The notes: a model not told the origin generated them from the letters alone. A DNA stretch of 52,060 nucleotides from Candidatus Micrarchaeia archaeon (GCA_038874215.1 JAVZCV010000003.1:1-52060); one strand, 5' to 3'. Positions 37,786 through 47,748 are shown, counted from the stretch's first letter. Translations and numbers: made by a program.

Positions 37786-39267
37786 GTGTTTCTTATGGTG
37801 GGCATGATAAGAAACCAACAACCGCAGCAGAAACCTGCACGGCAGCATGGGGCACGTACTTATCAGCCTAGGCTACCTGGGATGGATGAATTTTTAGACC
37901 GCTGTAATCCCCGCAACGAGGGGATGACGGATTACCTCTTTTCTCGTGTTGAAATGAAGATGAAGGCGAATGGGGAGAGCTTTAACTGGATGAGAGAAAC
38001 ACATAGCAGAATGGTTATTGATGGAAAAATTGTGGAGCCCACTGTAATAATCAGAGGAAGCATGATAACAGGCTATGAGAGCAGGATAAACCCTGACAGG
38101 GCAAGGAGAAAACTAGCACCTAGTGAAAGCCGAATTGAGCATGTTGAGGAATGTCCATTCTGCCCACAGAATGTTTTTTTAAAAACTCCGAAACTTTCGC
38201 CAGAGGCGGTTGAGGCATTCAGCCGCCTTGTTGAGCAGGGCATCACCGATGCGCGTCTCGTTGATGGCAGAATAGTTCACAGAGCTTTTGAAAGCGCATA
38301 TGTCTCAGAGGGTTGCAGAATTTCTCAGAGTGCTGTAAGCTTTCCCAATCTTAACGTTTTTGCGCCCTTTCATTTTGTGACTGCCTATCCAGCTATACCT
38401 GTGGGTGGAGGAAACAACGGAAGACACAAGCTCTATTTATCAGAGCTTTGGTTTGATGATGCGAGGGCACTTATACATTCAGAGTATGACCTTGCTCTTC
38501 TTGCAAGGGAAATGGGTTATAGGATGTTTGCAGATATAATGAACTGGCACGAAGCAGCGGGCGGTTCAATCCAGCATCCACATTCGCAAAGATTCAGCAT
38601 AGATATGGGCTCCCCTGAACAAGGCAGTCTTTCCACAGCAAATGAATTATTGCATATAATGCGGAGGGCGCGCGAGTTTTACGAAAAATATGGCATTAAC
38701 ATATTTGACTTTTTTATACGCACAGAAGAGCGGGATGGCTCGCGTGTGATATTCAGCAATTCGGATGTTTATGCTGGTGTCCCGTTTGCCGCAACATCAA
38801 ATTTTGAGGTGTGGGTTGTCCCGAAAAAGCCGATAGCGAACATAGTTGAAACAACGCCGGAGCAGAGAAATGCTATAATAGAACCCGTCACAGGTATATT
38901 TCCCGCACTCTATTTTTTCGGTGCAGCCACAAAGGCAGGTGAAAAAGTTGAGACTGCTGGCATAAACGCCCTCAACATTGCAGTTTATATGGCGCCTTTT
39001 GGCGAGCCCGATGCAAAGAATTATTTCAGGTGGCACATGGTGATAACGCCTCGCAGGGAAACAAGAACTTCTGATAGGGCAGGCGCAGAAATAGGCTTCA
39101 ATGTATATCCGATAAGCATTGCGCCCGAGGATGCGGCTGCTATTATTAGACAGTGGTTTATAGGGGAGTACAAAGGTGAAAGGGACCCAAGGCTTGAGCT
39201 TCTTGCCACAGAACCGCTTAGAGAACAGGCAAGGAACTGCCTTGAAAACAGAGAACAATGTAAATGA
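37786..39267 (+). CDS. GalT-like (HIT superfamily) nucleotidyltransferase with long extensions
   Basis: RARR, CPFCP, FPNL, NW...AGGSIQHPHSQ catalytic motif, WH..I.PR and PEDAA. Confidence 0.8.
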   Translation: MFLMVGMIRNQQPQQKPARQHGARTYQPRLPGMDEFLDRCNPRNEGMTDYLFSRVEMKMKANGESFNWMRETHSRMVIDGKIVEPTVIIRGSMITGYESRINPDRARRKLAPSESRIEHVEECPFCPQNVFLKTPKLSPEAVEAFSRLVEQGITDARLVDGRIVHRAFESAYVSEGCRISQSAVSFPNLNVFAPFHFVTAYPAIPVGGGNNGRHKLYLSELWFDDARALIHSEYDLALLAREMGYRMFADIMNWHEAAGGSIQHPHSQRFSIDMGSPEQGSLSTANELLHIMRRAREFYEKYGINIFDFFIRTEERDGSRVIFSNSDVYAGVPFAATSNFEVWVVPKKPIANIVETTPEQRNAIIEPVTGIFPALYFFGAATKAGEKVETAGINALNIAVYMAPFGEPDAKNYFRWHMVITPRRETRTSDRAGAEIGFNVYPISIAPEDAAAIIRQWFIGEYKGERDPRLELLATEPLREQARNCLENREQCK

Positions 39268-39270
39268 GAG

Positions 39271-40029
39271 TCAATGCTTCATCGGTTTTCTTTTGTTTCC
39301 CCTTCCAATCGCCCTACGATTATATATACGATTACGTGGGGAGATTACACTAAGAAGCTCTTTTGTAGTTTCCATGAATAGTTTAAAGGCTTCTGCAGTC
39401 AGTTTTCCTCTTATTTGGGATAAACATTCCTGGAGGAGCAGGGCGTGGTTTGGTCTTGCGTTTTCCCTTAACACCCATACCAAGGTAAATTGCGCAGTTC
39501 CGTCTGTTATCTTCCCAGATTTAAGTGCTTCAAGAGTTAAGGGTATGTGCTCTGGTTTTGCCAACTTTTCAAAAGCCCATGCAAGCCGCTGTTGAGCCTC
39601 ACCCCTCACAACCTTTCCAGAGAGGAGTAGTTTTATTATACCCGAAGCGTGCTCGTCTTTTGCTTGTTCCCATATCATTTCCACAAGATGCCACATAGCT
39701 CTCTCTTCTCGGATTGCACCTGATAGAAGAAGATCTATAACCTTACCTATATGCTCTGGTGCACCATATGCTCTTACCGCTAATGCCAAGGTCTCGCCTG
39801 CTTGGGGATCGGTAATCATCCCGCTTGCTAGCAGATTAATAACATCGGAAACATACTGTGTGCCCATGTGGTTCCAAACTTCGTTTGCCAAGCGCCTCTG
39901 CTCATCAGCCCCAGCGCCCTCCGCCAAACTTTCAAGCATTTTCGGAACTCTTGATGAAAAATAGCCTCGAAGCATCTCCATAAGGAGAAATTTCATGTTA
40001 TATTTCCGAATTTCTTTCTTTAAAAGCAT
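39271..40029 (-). CDS. Orphan helical-repeat protein (34-aa repeats)
   Basis: Repeats of xxPEHxxxIIxLLxSGxI....A...L. Start placed at ATG 40029, just after the coaD stop. Confidence 0.65.
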   Translation of the reverse strand: MLLKKEIRKYNMKFLLMEMLRGYFSSRVPKMLESLAEGAGADEQRRLANEVWNHMGTQYVSDVINLLASGMITDPQAGETLALAVRAYGAPEHIGKVIDLLLSGAIREERAMWHLVEMIWEQAKDEHASGIIKLLLSGKVVRGEAQQRLAWAFEKLAKPEHIPLTLEALKSGKITDGTAQFTLVWVLRENARPNHALLLQECLSQIRGKLTAEAFKLFMETTKELLSVISPRNRIYNRRAIGRGNKRKPMKH

Positions 40030-40031
40030 AT

Positions 40032-41048
40032 CTACTGCAATTGCGGTGCGAATCTTCTTGCGAGAAGCGGAATGAAAGCGCACAAAACGCACTGCTCAGT
40101 CATCCTTTCTCGTGAGAGGATGCCGCCAGAAAGAATGCTTATTATTCCACCTTTTCTGCCTATGCCCCTCTCACCCGTGAGCTCCCTGTATGCGTCGCTT
40201 ATGTCAAAAGCCGAATTGCCGTGCGTGCGTATCTTTTCTGTTATCTTCAAGGGAAGCTCAAAGCCCATGCTGCAACCGAGGAATGTTTCACTCCCGTCAA
40301 AAATAGCACACCATTGTATATCAAAATTCTTTTCCCTTATTCTGAATATTCCGCTTTCTATTCCAAGAGCAAAATCAAAATCGCCCGTATCATATGCCTT
40401 GCGCGCCCTGTTTATTGCCCCGCCTATCGTTTCTTCACCTATCGGCTGTTTTGATATGTCTGATGAGACAGCGATTGGGTAAATTTCAAGCTTCGTTTTC
40501 CCGAAAACTTTTTTCAGAGCGGATTTCGCGCCTTTTATTTTCGTCTCGTTTTCACTTCCAATAGCGATTTTAATCGGGGTGAGCCTCTTCCCCTCTTCCG
40601 TGATAACACCGCTCCGTATTCTTGCGCAAGATATAGGCTTAAAGTCTTCAGCAAGAACCACGGGGATGATTACTATATCAAGCGGTTTCAGCTTCCTGTG
40701 CGCACGCTCGCGGTTTATTTCTTCCGCACGTCTTTTTGTCTCTTCGCTAACAACGATGGCATCTATCTGCGCCTCTTTTACCGCAATTCCGAACGGGTCG
40801 CTCAGTTCCACTATGCCTGCCGAAACGGAGCGTTCATGGAGAAACGATTCAAGGGCGCTCTTGCGCTCTGGAAACGGCTTCACTTCATGCTTTTTCATCC
40901 TCTTTGCAAACGCATCGCTCGTAAGCCCAACGGTTATACGTTTTCCCAGCGATAGCGCAGTCTCTAACATCTTCCTATGACCAGCGTGTAGCGTATCAAA
41001 AGTGCCCGCAACGATTACATGCTCAAATTTTTTGCCTTCTTCACCCAT
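40032..41048 (-). CDS. coaD: Fusion of archaeal phosphopantetheine adenylyltransferase and YjjX-type non-canonical purine NTPase
   Basis: AGTFDTLHAGH, GLTSD, VVSEET, ISCARIR, followed by GSENETK, QPIG.ET..GA.NRA and GIESG. Confidence 0.9.
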   Translation of the reverse strand: MGEEGKKFEHVIVAGTFDTLHAGHRKMLETALSLGKRITVGLTSDAFAKRMKKHEVKPFPERKSALESFLHERSVSAGIVELSDPFGIAVKEAQIDAIVVSEETKRRAEEINRERAHRKLKPLDIVIIPVVLAEDFKPISCARIRSGVITEEGKRLTPIKIAIGSENETKIKGAKSALKKVFGKTKLEIYPIAVSSDISKQPIGEETIGGAINRARKAYDTGDFDFALGIESGIFRIREKNFDIQWCAIFDGSETFLGCSMGFELPLKITEKIRTHGNSAFDISDAYRELTGERGIGRKGGIISILSGGILSRERMTEQCVLCAFIPLLARRFAPQLQ

Positions 41049-41610
41049 AGTGATCAACGAAATTTCGCAGTATTTTTTTTCCTTCTTTTGTCATGACTGA
41101 CTCTGGATGGAACTGCACCCCTTCAAGGGGAAAGCGTATGTGGCGTACTGCCATGACTAATTCATCACTCATGCTTTTAGCACTTACACTCAGAGATGGC
41201 GGAACCTTGGAGATGACAAGCGAGTGATAACGGGTTGCCTCAAACGGATTTTTCACATCCTCAAATATCGTCCTTCCATCATGCGTTATTGTGCTCGTTT
41301 TTCCGTGCATGATGTTCGGTGCGATGCTTATCTCGCCGCCAAAAGCGAGACCTATTGCCTGATGCCCCAAGCAAACGCCAAGGGTGGGGACCTCCAAAAA
41401 GTTCTCCAGAACGGGGAGAAAGTTTGAATCTTTCGGGTGGCCTGGGCCTGGGCTGAGAACTATATAGTCGGGGTCAAACTGTTTTATCTCTTCCACTGTG
41501 TATTTATCTTTTCTCACGATGCGAACCTCCAAGCCCATAGCGCCGAAGTATTGGTAAAGCATATAGACAAAACTGTCATAGGCATCCACTATGAAAACTT
41601 TCTTCGCCAT
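41041..41610 (-). CDS. trpG: Anthranilate/aminodeoxychorismate synthase component II
   Basis: YDSF, LSPGPGHP, GVCLGHQ, RYHSL and QFHPES motifs. Confidence 0.92.
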   Translation of the reverse strand: MAKKVFIVDAYDSFVYMLYQYFGAMGLEVRIVRKDKYTVEEIKQFDPDYIVLSPGPGHPKDSNFLPVLENFLEVPTLGVCLGHQAIGLAFGGEISIAPNIMHGKTSTITHDGRTIFEDVKNPFEATRYHSLVISKVPPSLSVSAKSMSDELVMAVRHIRFPLEGVQFHPESVMTKEGKKILRNFVDHYG

Positions 41611-41618
41611 TTTCGCAC

Positions 41619-43094
41619 CTAACTCTCATCCATTTCTTTGCCCGTTACCGCTTTCACGCAGGCGTTTAGTTTTTTCCTTGTTTCAACCCATTCCGCCTCT
41701 GGCTCCGAGTCATAAACTATGCCCGCGCCCGCCTGCGCATACGCGATGCCATCCTTCATTATGAGCGTTCTTATCGTTATGCACATATCAGAATTTCCCT
41801 TTACATCAAAATAGCCGACAACACCCGCGTAAGGTCCGCGCCGCTCCTTCTCAAGCTCCTCAATTATTTCCATCGCGCGCACTTTCGGGGCTCCGCTAAC
41901 CGTCCCAGAGGGGAATGTGGCTCTGAAAACATCAAAGGCATTTTTATTCGCTCTCAAATTCCCCGTTATATGCGAAACGAGGTGCTGGACATGGGAATAC
42001 TTTTCTACTGTGAATAGCTCGGGTTCCTTCACACTGCCGAATTCTGCAACTCTGCCTATGTCGTTTCTGCACAGATCAACGAGCATCGTGTGCTCGGCAC
42101 GCTCCTTCTCGCTTTTTAACAACTCTTCTTCTAACTCTCTTTCCTCGCTTTCCGTCCTTCCTCTTCCACGCGTGCCCGCTATCGGCCTCATCTCTATAAG
42201 GCCTTTTTCAACACGCACATGAACCTCTGGAGATGCACCTATAAGCTGAAAATCTCCAAAATCAAGGTAGAACATGTAGGGGGAAGGGTTTATCTTTCGC
42301 AAGTCAAAGTATATCCTTATCGGGTCTCTCCTTGTTTTTATACCTACGCGACGCGAAAGAACAACCTGGAATATGTCGCCAGAGCGCAGGTATTCCTTTG
42401 CTTTTAAGACCATTTTTATGAATTCTGCTTTTGTAGTGTTTGATTTTATCTCACAAGTTTCTCGGGCATCCTCCCCCAACTCTGCCTTTTCACCATTGTT
42501 TGCAAGCTCAACGAGATCACCGACAAACGCATCTTCATCTTCATACGCATGCACAACATATAGAACTCTGTTAGACGCGTGGTCAAAAACGATTGCGTTT
42601 TTATGAAGAACGAAGTACATTTCTGGGAGGTTAAGAGTGTCAGGCAGTCTATCAGGTAGCTTTTCAAGGTAGCGCACAACATCGTAGGAGATGTAGCCTA
42701 TCGGGCCGAAAGAGAATCTACTCAATCCCGTTTCTGCGCCGAGCATACCTACAACAGAATTAAGAAAATGAAGCGGGTCCTTGCCATCAAGCAAAAACCC
42801 ATTATCATATTCAAATGTGCCAGTTCTAACTATTTCTTCAGAAATAATCCGTGCGAACTTTCCTTCAAGAAAGCACCTTCCATTCTTGCTCATAATTGTA
42901 AGTATCGGCTCACATGGGATTATTGAAAGGCGTGAAAATCTCTTTGCGAGAATCGTGGATTCTTCGTCAAAAATTGACTCAAGAAAAAAGCTATACTTTC
43001 TGCCGTATTTTTTAACTATTCTCAGATAGGCATCAGTAGGCGAAAGCCCCCTCGCAGGCATTTCTGAGAGATGCGCCTTAAAATTGAGCACCAC
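41619..43094 (-). CDS. trpE: Anthranilate synthase component I family
   Basis: FLES, GDIFQVVLS, NPSPYM, PIAGT, EHTMLVDL.RND and SGAPKVRAM motifs. Start moved to GTG about 43094 to avoid the divergent gene. Confidence 0.9.
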   Translation of the reverse strand: MVLNFKAHLSEMPARGLSPTDAYLRIVKKYGRKYSFFLESIFDEESTILAKRFSRLSIIPCEPILTIMSKNGRCFLEGKFARIISEEIVRTGTFEYDNGFLLDGKDPLHFLNSVVGMLGAETGLSRFSFGPIGYISYDVVRYLEKLPDRLPDTLNLPEMYFVLHKNAIVFDHASNRVLYVVHAYEDEDAFVGDLVELANNGEKAELGEDARETCEIKSNTTKAEFIKMVLKAKEYLRSGDIFQVVLSRRVGIKTRRDPIRIYFDLRKINPSPYMFYLDFGDFQLIGASPEVHVRVEKGLIEMRPIAGTRGRGRTESEERELEEELLKSEKERAEHTMLVDLCRNDIGRVAEFGSVKEPELFTVEKYSHVQHLVSHITGNLRANKNAFDVFRATFPSGTVSGAPKVRAMEIIEELEKERRGPYAGVVGYFDVKGNSDMCITIRTLIMKDGIAYAQAGAGIVYDSEPEAEWVETRKKLNACVKAVTGKEMDES

Positions 43095-43161
43095 AATAAA
43101 ACCACGCTCAACCCATATACCCCTGCATAGATTAATAATTTTATCGTGCATCTCCGAATTC

Positions 43162-43395
43162 ATGGAACCTGAAAACTCGCGCGAGCGCGTGGAGAAAGAC
43201 ATAAGGGAATTTGAAGATGCCGTTTCGCAAATTTCTCCGAAGGGGAAGACGGAAACAGGCCTGGTAGAACTCGCAAAGCGATACCGTGATGATGCAGAGT
43301 TTTATCTTAAAAAAGGAGACTTGCTAACTGCCTTTGGCTGCATAAACTATGCATACGGAATAATTGATGCAATAAAAGTTCTCAGTAAAGGATAG
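43162..43395 (+). CDS. DUF357 family protein
   Basis: LAKRY..DA.FYL.KGD..TAFGCINYAYG.IDA pattern; start ATG 43162. Confidence 0.85.
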   Translation: MEPENSRERVEKDIREFEDAVSQISPKGKTETGLVELAKRYRDDAEFYLKKGDLLTAFGCINYAYGIIDAIKVLSKG

Positions 43396-43466
43396 ATTTA
43401 TATAATTAAAACGCGTAGTATCTTTGCTATTTAATAGGTAAATGTGAAGATTATGGGTGTTTTTTA

Positions 43467-44894
43467 TTGTACAACGATAGAGAAGCCATAAAAAATGCTA
43501 TTGCCTTATTATCGCGGCAGGAACAGTCGGAGGTACTGGCAGGAGTAGAGATTCTAAAAAAACTTGTTGCTGGAGAATATTTGTTTAATGTTTCTGAAGA
43601 TGTTCGGCTATTTGCCCTAGATAAGTTGGTTGAATTATGCACGGTTGGGGCTGGAACGGACCCTTTAGAGACTTCTATGCGGGCCCGCACGGCTATTGTT
43701 GAATCAGGACCTTATACCGGCGTGCTACTAAATGTTGTTATTAGGAGGGATATGAGAAGGTGGGAGACGCTTTTTTCTTTGGACACCACATTAACGGGGA
43801 TAGAAGCGTCCAATATAACAAAAGCACGCCTTGTAAACCTTCTTGGGCTACTCGCAGAAACAAGCATACGTTGGGCGGGGCAACTGCCTTCCAAAGTTTT
43901 AGAAGAAAACTGTCGGATAATATCAAAGGCGAAGGTAATAGACCCTCAGATATACCTGCAAGTATTAAACTCAATGATTGCCCTAGTAAGCAATGGTGTG
44001 CCAGGTGCTATCGACGCCGTTATTGAGAGGTTCCTTTCAGACCAAAAAAATTCGCCATACATGGTAGGTACTGGGCTTTGCATTATTAGAGAGGCTTATG
44101 ATATTTGGTTTTCTGACCTACTTAATCCTTTGGAGCATCCACTGGTGTCGGACAAGATCATTGGAAGCATTCGGGGGTTGATTATGCGCCCTGAAAGCGA
44201 CATATCTAATGATGCAAGAGAACTTTATGAAAAACTTATGGTAACCAGAGACATGATAGCGAAGTCGAGGGAAATGAAGCCCGTGGAATTTTTGGACTTG
44301 GTAAGGCGCTTTGTTGCTATAAGAAGGGGGATGGTAAGGGAAGATGCAAATTTGGATTTGCAAGTTGTTTTGGGGATAATATTGGTGGGCAGAATACGCC
44401 ATAATACTTCTAGACTTCCGCAGGAATTTATAGATGGCGTTTCTGAGATTTTATCTACTACTATGAACGATAGGGTATCAGAAGTAAGGCGCATATCCTT
44501 TAGTTTAACAGTAAGTCTTGCCACAACAGGAAATAGAGATGCTGTCTCGCTAATCCTTGCACATATGCATGAGGGCAGGAAAAGCAATGATAAGGTAAAA
44601 ATTGTGGGTTCCCTTATTCTCATAGAGAATACAGTCAGTTTGATGAGGGATATGGGTTTTGAAAGGTCGGATCATCCTATGATTTCTAAAGAGGTTATTA
44701 GCGCCCTTCAGAATCTTGCTAAAGATAGGCAGGAATATAGTGCATTTGCAGAAAAACTTTTAGAGTCCATAAGAGAGATGATGAGAGTTGCTATGGCAGA
44801 GGAGAAGAAACGAATGCCAAAGGGGCAGGACTTGGGAACAAGAAAAAACGATCGAGGAAGGCGGAAAGGTGGGTCAACACTAAACTCAATTTGA
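43467..44894 (+). CDS. Orphan ARM/HEAT-like helical protein with internal duplication and basic C-terminal tail
   Basis: Duplicated segments LEHPLVSDKIIGSIRGL and SDHPMISKEVISALQNL; tail KKRMPK...RKNDRGRRKGG. Confidence 0.7.
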   Translation: MYNDREAIKNAIALLSRQEQSEVLAGVEILKKLVAGEYLFNVSEDVRLFALDKLVELCTVGAGTDPLETSMRARTAIVESGPYTGVLLNVVIRRDMRRWETLFSLDTTLTGIEASNITKARLVNLLGLLAETSIRWAGQLPSKVLEENCRIISKAKVIDPQIYLQVLNSMIALVSNGVPGAIDAVIERFLSDQKNSPYMVGTGLCIIREAYDIWFSDLLNPLEHPLVSDKIIGSIRGLIMRPESDISNDARELYEKLMVTRDMIAKSREMKPVEFLDLVRRFVAIRRGMVREDANLDLQVVLGIILVGRIRHNTSRLPQEFIDGVSEILSTTMNDRVSEVRRISFSLTVSLATTGNRDAVSLILAHMHEGRKSNDKVKIVGSLILIENTVSLMRDMGFERSDHPMISKEVISALQNLAKDRQEYSAFAEKLLESIREMMRVAMAEEKKRMPKGQDLGTRKNDRGRRKGGSTLNSI

Positions 44895-46169
44895 TCATTG
44901 CATGCTGATGTCTACGCCCAACTTTTTCAAATCTTCAAAGAATTTTGGATAGGACTTTGAAACGCATTCTGCATTCCCTATCTTTGTTTCTCCTTCCGCC
45001 CCAAGCGCAGCAACTGCGCATGCCATGGCGATTCTGTGGTCATTATGCGGGTCTATGGTTGCACCATGCAGTTTTGAGCCATTTATAATTAGTTCGTCTT
45101 GTCTCTCCTCTATTTTGGCGCCCATTTTTCTCAACTCGCTTGTTATTGCGCTCAACCTGTCGCTTTCTTTCAGACGGAGGCGCGATGCGTTGAATATCCG
45201 TGTTTTGCCTTCCGCATAGCATGAAGTAGCGGCAAGAACAGGAACGAGGTCTGGGATATTGCTTGCGTCTATTTCTGTTCCTTTAAGCTCTGATTTTTTT
45301 GAAGAGACAAAACCATCTCCTGTTTTTATATCCGCTCCCATTTCTTTCAGAATACTTACGACTGCGCTATCCCCCTGCACTGAATTTGGGTTTAAAGATG
45401 AGATGGTGACTTCTCCAGCTACTGCCGCCGCACATAGCAGAAAGGCGGAGGAGGAGAAATCTCCCTCTATTTCGTAGTTTATGCCGTTGTAATCCTGCGG
45501 CGCATCAACCTCAAACTCGCCATAATCTGTGGAAAGCAATACAGATATTCCGAAGGAGTTCATCACTTCAAGGGTTATATCAACGTATGGGCGCGATTCA
45601 AGCTTGCTCGTGAGTATAATTTTGGTTTTTGCCCTTGCTCTCGGTGCAACCATCAGCAACCCACTTATGAACTGCGAGCTAACATCTCCCCGTATAGTTG
45701 CAGTGCCGCCCCTTATGCTTCCGTCCCCATGCAATATTGCGGGAGGGAAGCCGTTTTTGGATTCGCATTCTACTCCGAGCATGCGCATCGCTTCAATGAG
45801 TGGCCCTATCGGCCGCTCAAGCAGCCTTCCTTCCCCCGTTATCACGGTTCTACCTTTTGCGAGAGCTGCAAGCGGAATAACAAACCGAAGCGTGGAGCCT
45901 GAGAATTGGCAGTTTATAGGCTTCTCGGGCGCTCTTAATTCTCCCGCAGTGCCTTCCACAATAATAGCATCTGCCGATCGTCTTATCTGAACTCCAAAGC
46001 TTTCACATGCCGAAACAGTGGCATCCACATCATCGCTTTTTAGAAGATGCTTGATTTTTGAGCGCCCGCGCGCAAGCGCTGCGCATATGATCGCTCTGTG
46101 TGAAAAGGACTTTGAAGGCGGTGCTTTTATTTTTCCATTCAACTCGGATTTGCGAATTAAAGCAAGCAT
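44895..46169 (-). CDS. aroA: EPSP synthase
   Basis: PPSKSFSHR, SGSTLRF, SSQFISG, RLKESDR, DHRIAM and KSYP motifs. True start is ATG 46169. Confidence 0.97.
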   Translation of the reverse strand: MLALIRKSELNGKIKAPPSKSFSHRAIICAALARGRSKIKHLLKSDDVDATVSACESFGVQIRRSADAIIVEGTAGELRAPEKPINCQFSGSTLRFVIPLAALAKGRTVITGEGRLLERPIGPLIEAMRMLGVECESKNGFPPAILHGDGSIRGGTATIRGDVSSQFISGLLMVAPRARAKTKIILTSKLESRPYVDITLEVMNSFGISVLLSTDYGEFEVDAPQDYNGINYEIEGDFSSSAFLLCAAAVAGEVTISSLNPNSVQGDSAVVSILKEMGADIKTGDGFVSSKKSELKGTEIDASNIPDLVPVLAATSCYAEGKTRIFNASRLRLKESDRLSAITSELRKMGAKIEERQDELIINGSKLHGATIDPHNDHRIAMACAVAALGAEGETKIGNAECVSKSYPKFFEDLKKLGVDISMQ

Positions 46170-46257
46170 AGAAGGAATATTACATCCAGAGTATATATGT
46201 TTATTTTGGCTGGCCGCCCCCTTCAATTTATAAAAATTCCCTTTCATATTTTGCTTG

Positions 46258-47748
46258 ATGGTTAAGACGATTGATGAGATAAACAGGAGAATAGCGAATG
46301 GGGATGCAGTAGTGGTTACTGCGGAGGAGATGACGGAAATAGTACACGATGAGGGAGCAGAAAGAGCAGCGAAGGAAGTTGACGTGGTTACTACGGGAAC
46401 GTTCGGGCTGATGTGCTCTTCTGGCGCTTTTCTAAACTTCGGGCATGCAGACCCACCCATAAAAATAGGTGGAGGCGAGATAACTCTTAACGGAGTTCCT
46501 GCATATGCAGGCCTTGCCGCCGTGGATACATACATAGGCGCAACGCAAATCTCTCGCGAGCGGGAGCGCTATGGCGGGGGGCATGTAATAGAGGATTTGG
46601 TAGCAGGTAAAGCAGTAACGATGGAGGCAAGCGGATATGGGACGGACTGTTATCCCAGAAAGCGAATAAAGACAGATATAACGCTTGAAGATATAAATCA
46701 GGCGATATTGCTCAACCCAAGAAATGCATACCAAAGGTACATGTGCGCAGTTAATTCATCTGATAGACCTATATATACGTACATGGGCGCTCTTCTTCCT
46801 AATTTCGGGAATGCAACGTACAGCGGCGCGGGCGCGCTGAGCCCGCTAAACAACGACCCCGAGTATAGGACAATCGGGATAGGAACGAGAATATTCTTGG
46901 GTGGTGGAGTAGGCTATGTTATCGGAGAGGGGACGCAGCACAACCCGAAAAATGCGCTTGGCACGCTTATGGTCAGGGGAGACATGAAGCAGATGGATGC
47001 GCGTTTTGTAAGGGGAGCGTATGTAAACAATTACGGTGCATCGCTCTACGTAGGCTTGGGCATACCAATACCAGTAATTGATGAGGAAATGGCACGAAGA
47101 ACTGGCGTATCCGATGCGGAGATTTTCACAGACATAGTAGATTACAGCGTGCAAAGCAGAAATAGACCTTCTCTAGGTAAGGTTTCTTATGCGCAATTAA
47201 AATCTGGGAGAATAGAGGTTGGGGGGAAGAGAATTAAGTGCTATCCGCTTTCAAGCCTGCATATGGCACGTGAGGTTGCTGAAGAGCTGAAGAAAATGAT
47301 TGAAGGCGGAGATTTTATGCTTTCACAGGCGGTTGAGAATCTACCTAGGGAGCGGGAGTTCAAACCGATGAAGCACCCAGCCTGCCTTGTTGGGGAATTC
47401 ATGAGAGAAGCAGTTACTTGCAGGGAGAATGAGGATGTGAGAGCGGTTGCGAAATTACTTGTAGAAAAGGGAATAAACCATGTGGTTGTTGTTTCTGAAG
47501 AAAATAAACTCATCGGAATAATAACTTCATGGGATATCGCATCATCGCTACTGCTAAAAAAAGATAGAGTAGGGGACGTGATGACGCGGAAGGTGATAAC
47601 CACAAGAGCTGATGAGGAGATTGAAATAGCAGTAAGGAGAATGGAAAAAAACAACATATCTGCCCTTCCCGTAATAGATAAGGATGGGAAGGTAGTTGGG
47701 ATAATAACGAGCGAGGAGATAGCCTCCCTCCTCGGTAAAAACAGGTGA
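46258..47748 (+). CDS. Aspartate-semialdehyde sulfurtransferase (DUF39 plus CBS pair; MA1821-like homocysteine biosynthesis)
   Basis: KTIDEIN, VDVVTTGTFG.MCSSGA, YGGGHVIE, GTDCYP and GTQHNP motifs; C-terminal CBS pair. Confidence 0.92.
   Translation: MVKTIDEINRRIANGDAVVVTAEEMTEIVHDEGAERAAKEVDVVTTGTFGLMCSSGAFLNFGHADPPIKIGGGEITLNGVPAYAGLAAVDTYIGATQISRERERYGGGHVIEDLVAGKAVTMEASGYGTDCYPRKRIKTDITLEDINQAILLNPRNAYQRYMCAVNSSDRPIYTYMGALLPNFGNATYSGAGALSPLNNDPEYRTIGIGTRIFLGGGVGYVIGEGTQHNPKNALGTLMVRGDMKQMDARFVRGAYVNNYGASLYVGLGIPIPVIDEEMARRTGVSDAEIFTDIVDYSVQSRNRPSLGKVSYAQLKSGRIEVGGKRIKCYPLSSLHMAREVAEELKKMIEGGDFMLSQAVENLPREREFKPMKHPACLVGEFMREAVTCRENEDVRAVAKLLVEKGINHVVVVSEENKLIGIITSWDIASSLLLKKDRVGDVMTRKVITTRADEEIEIAVRRMEKNNISALPVIDKDGKVVGIITSEEIASLLGKNR

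Noticed and set aside
40032-41048. PPAT-YjjX fusion as a novel architecture
   Set aside because: This bifunctional fusion is already known, for example in Thermoplasmatales.
43095-43202. N-terminal extension of TrpE
   Set aside because: It overlaps the divergent DUF357 gene and its promoter; a GTG start near 43094 is more plausible.
46170-46535. N-terminal extension of AroA in the ORF track
   Set aside because: It is antisense to the DUF39 gene and crosses the divergent promoter region; the real start is ATG 46169.
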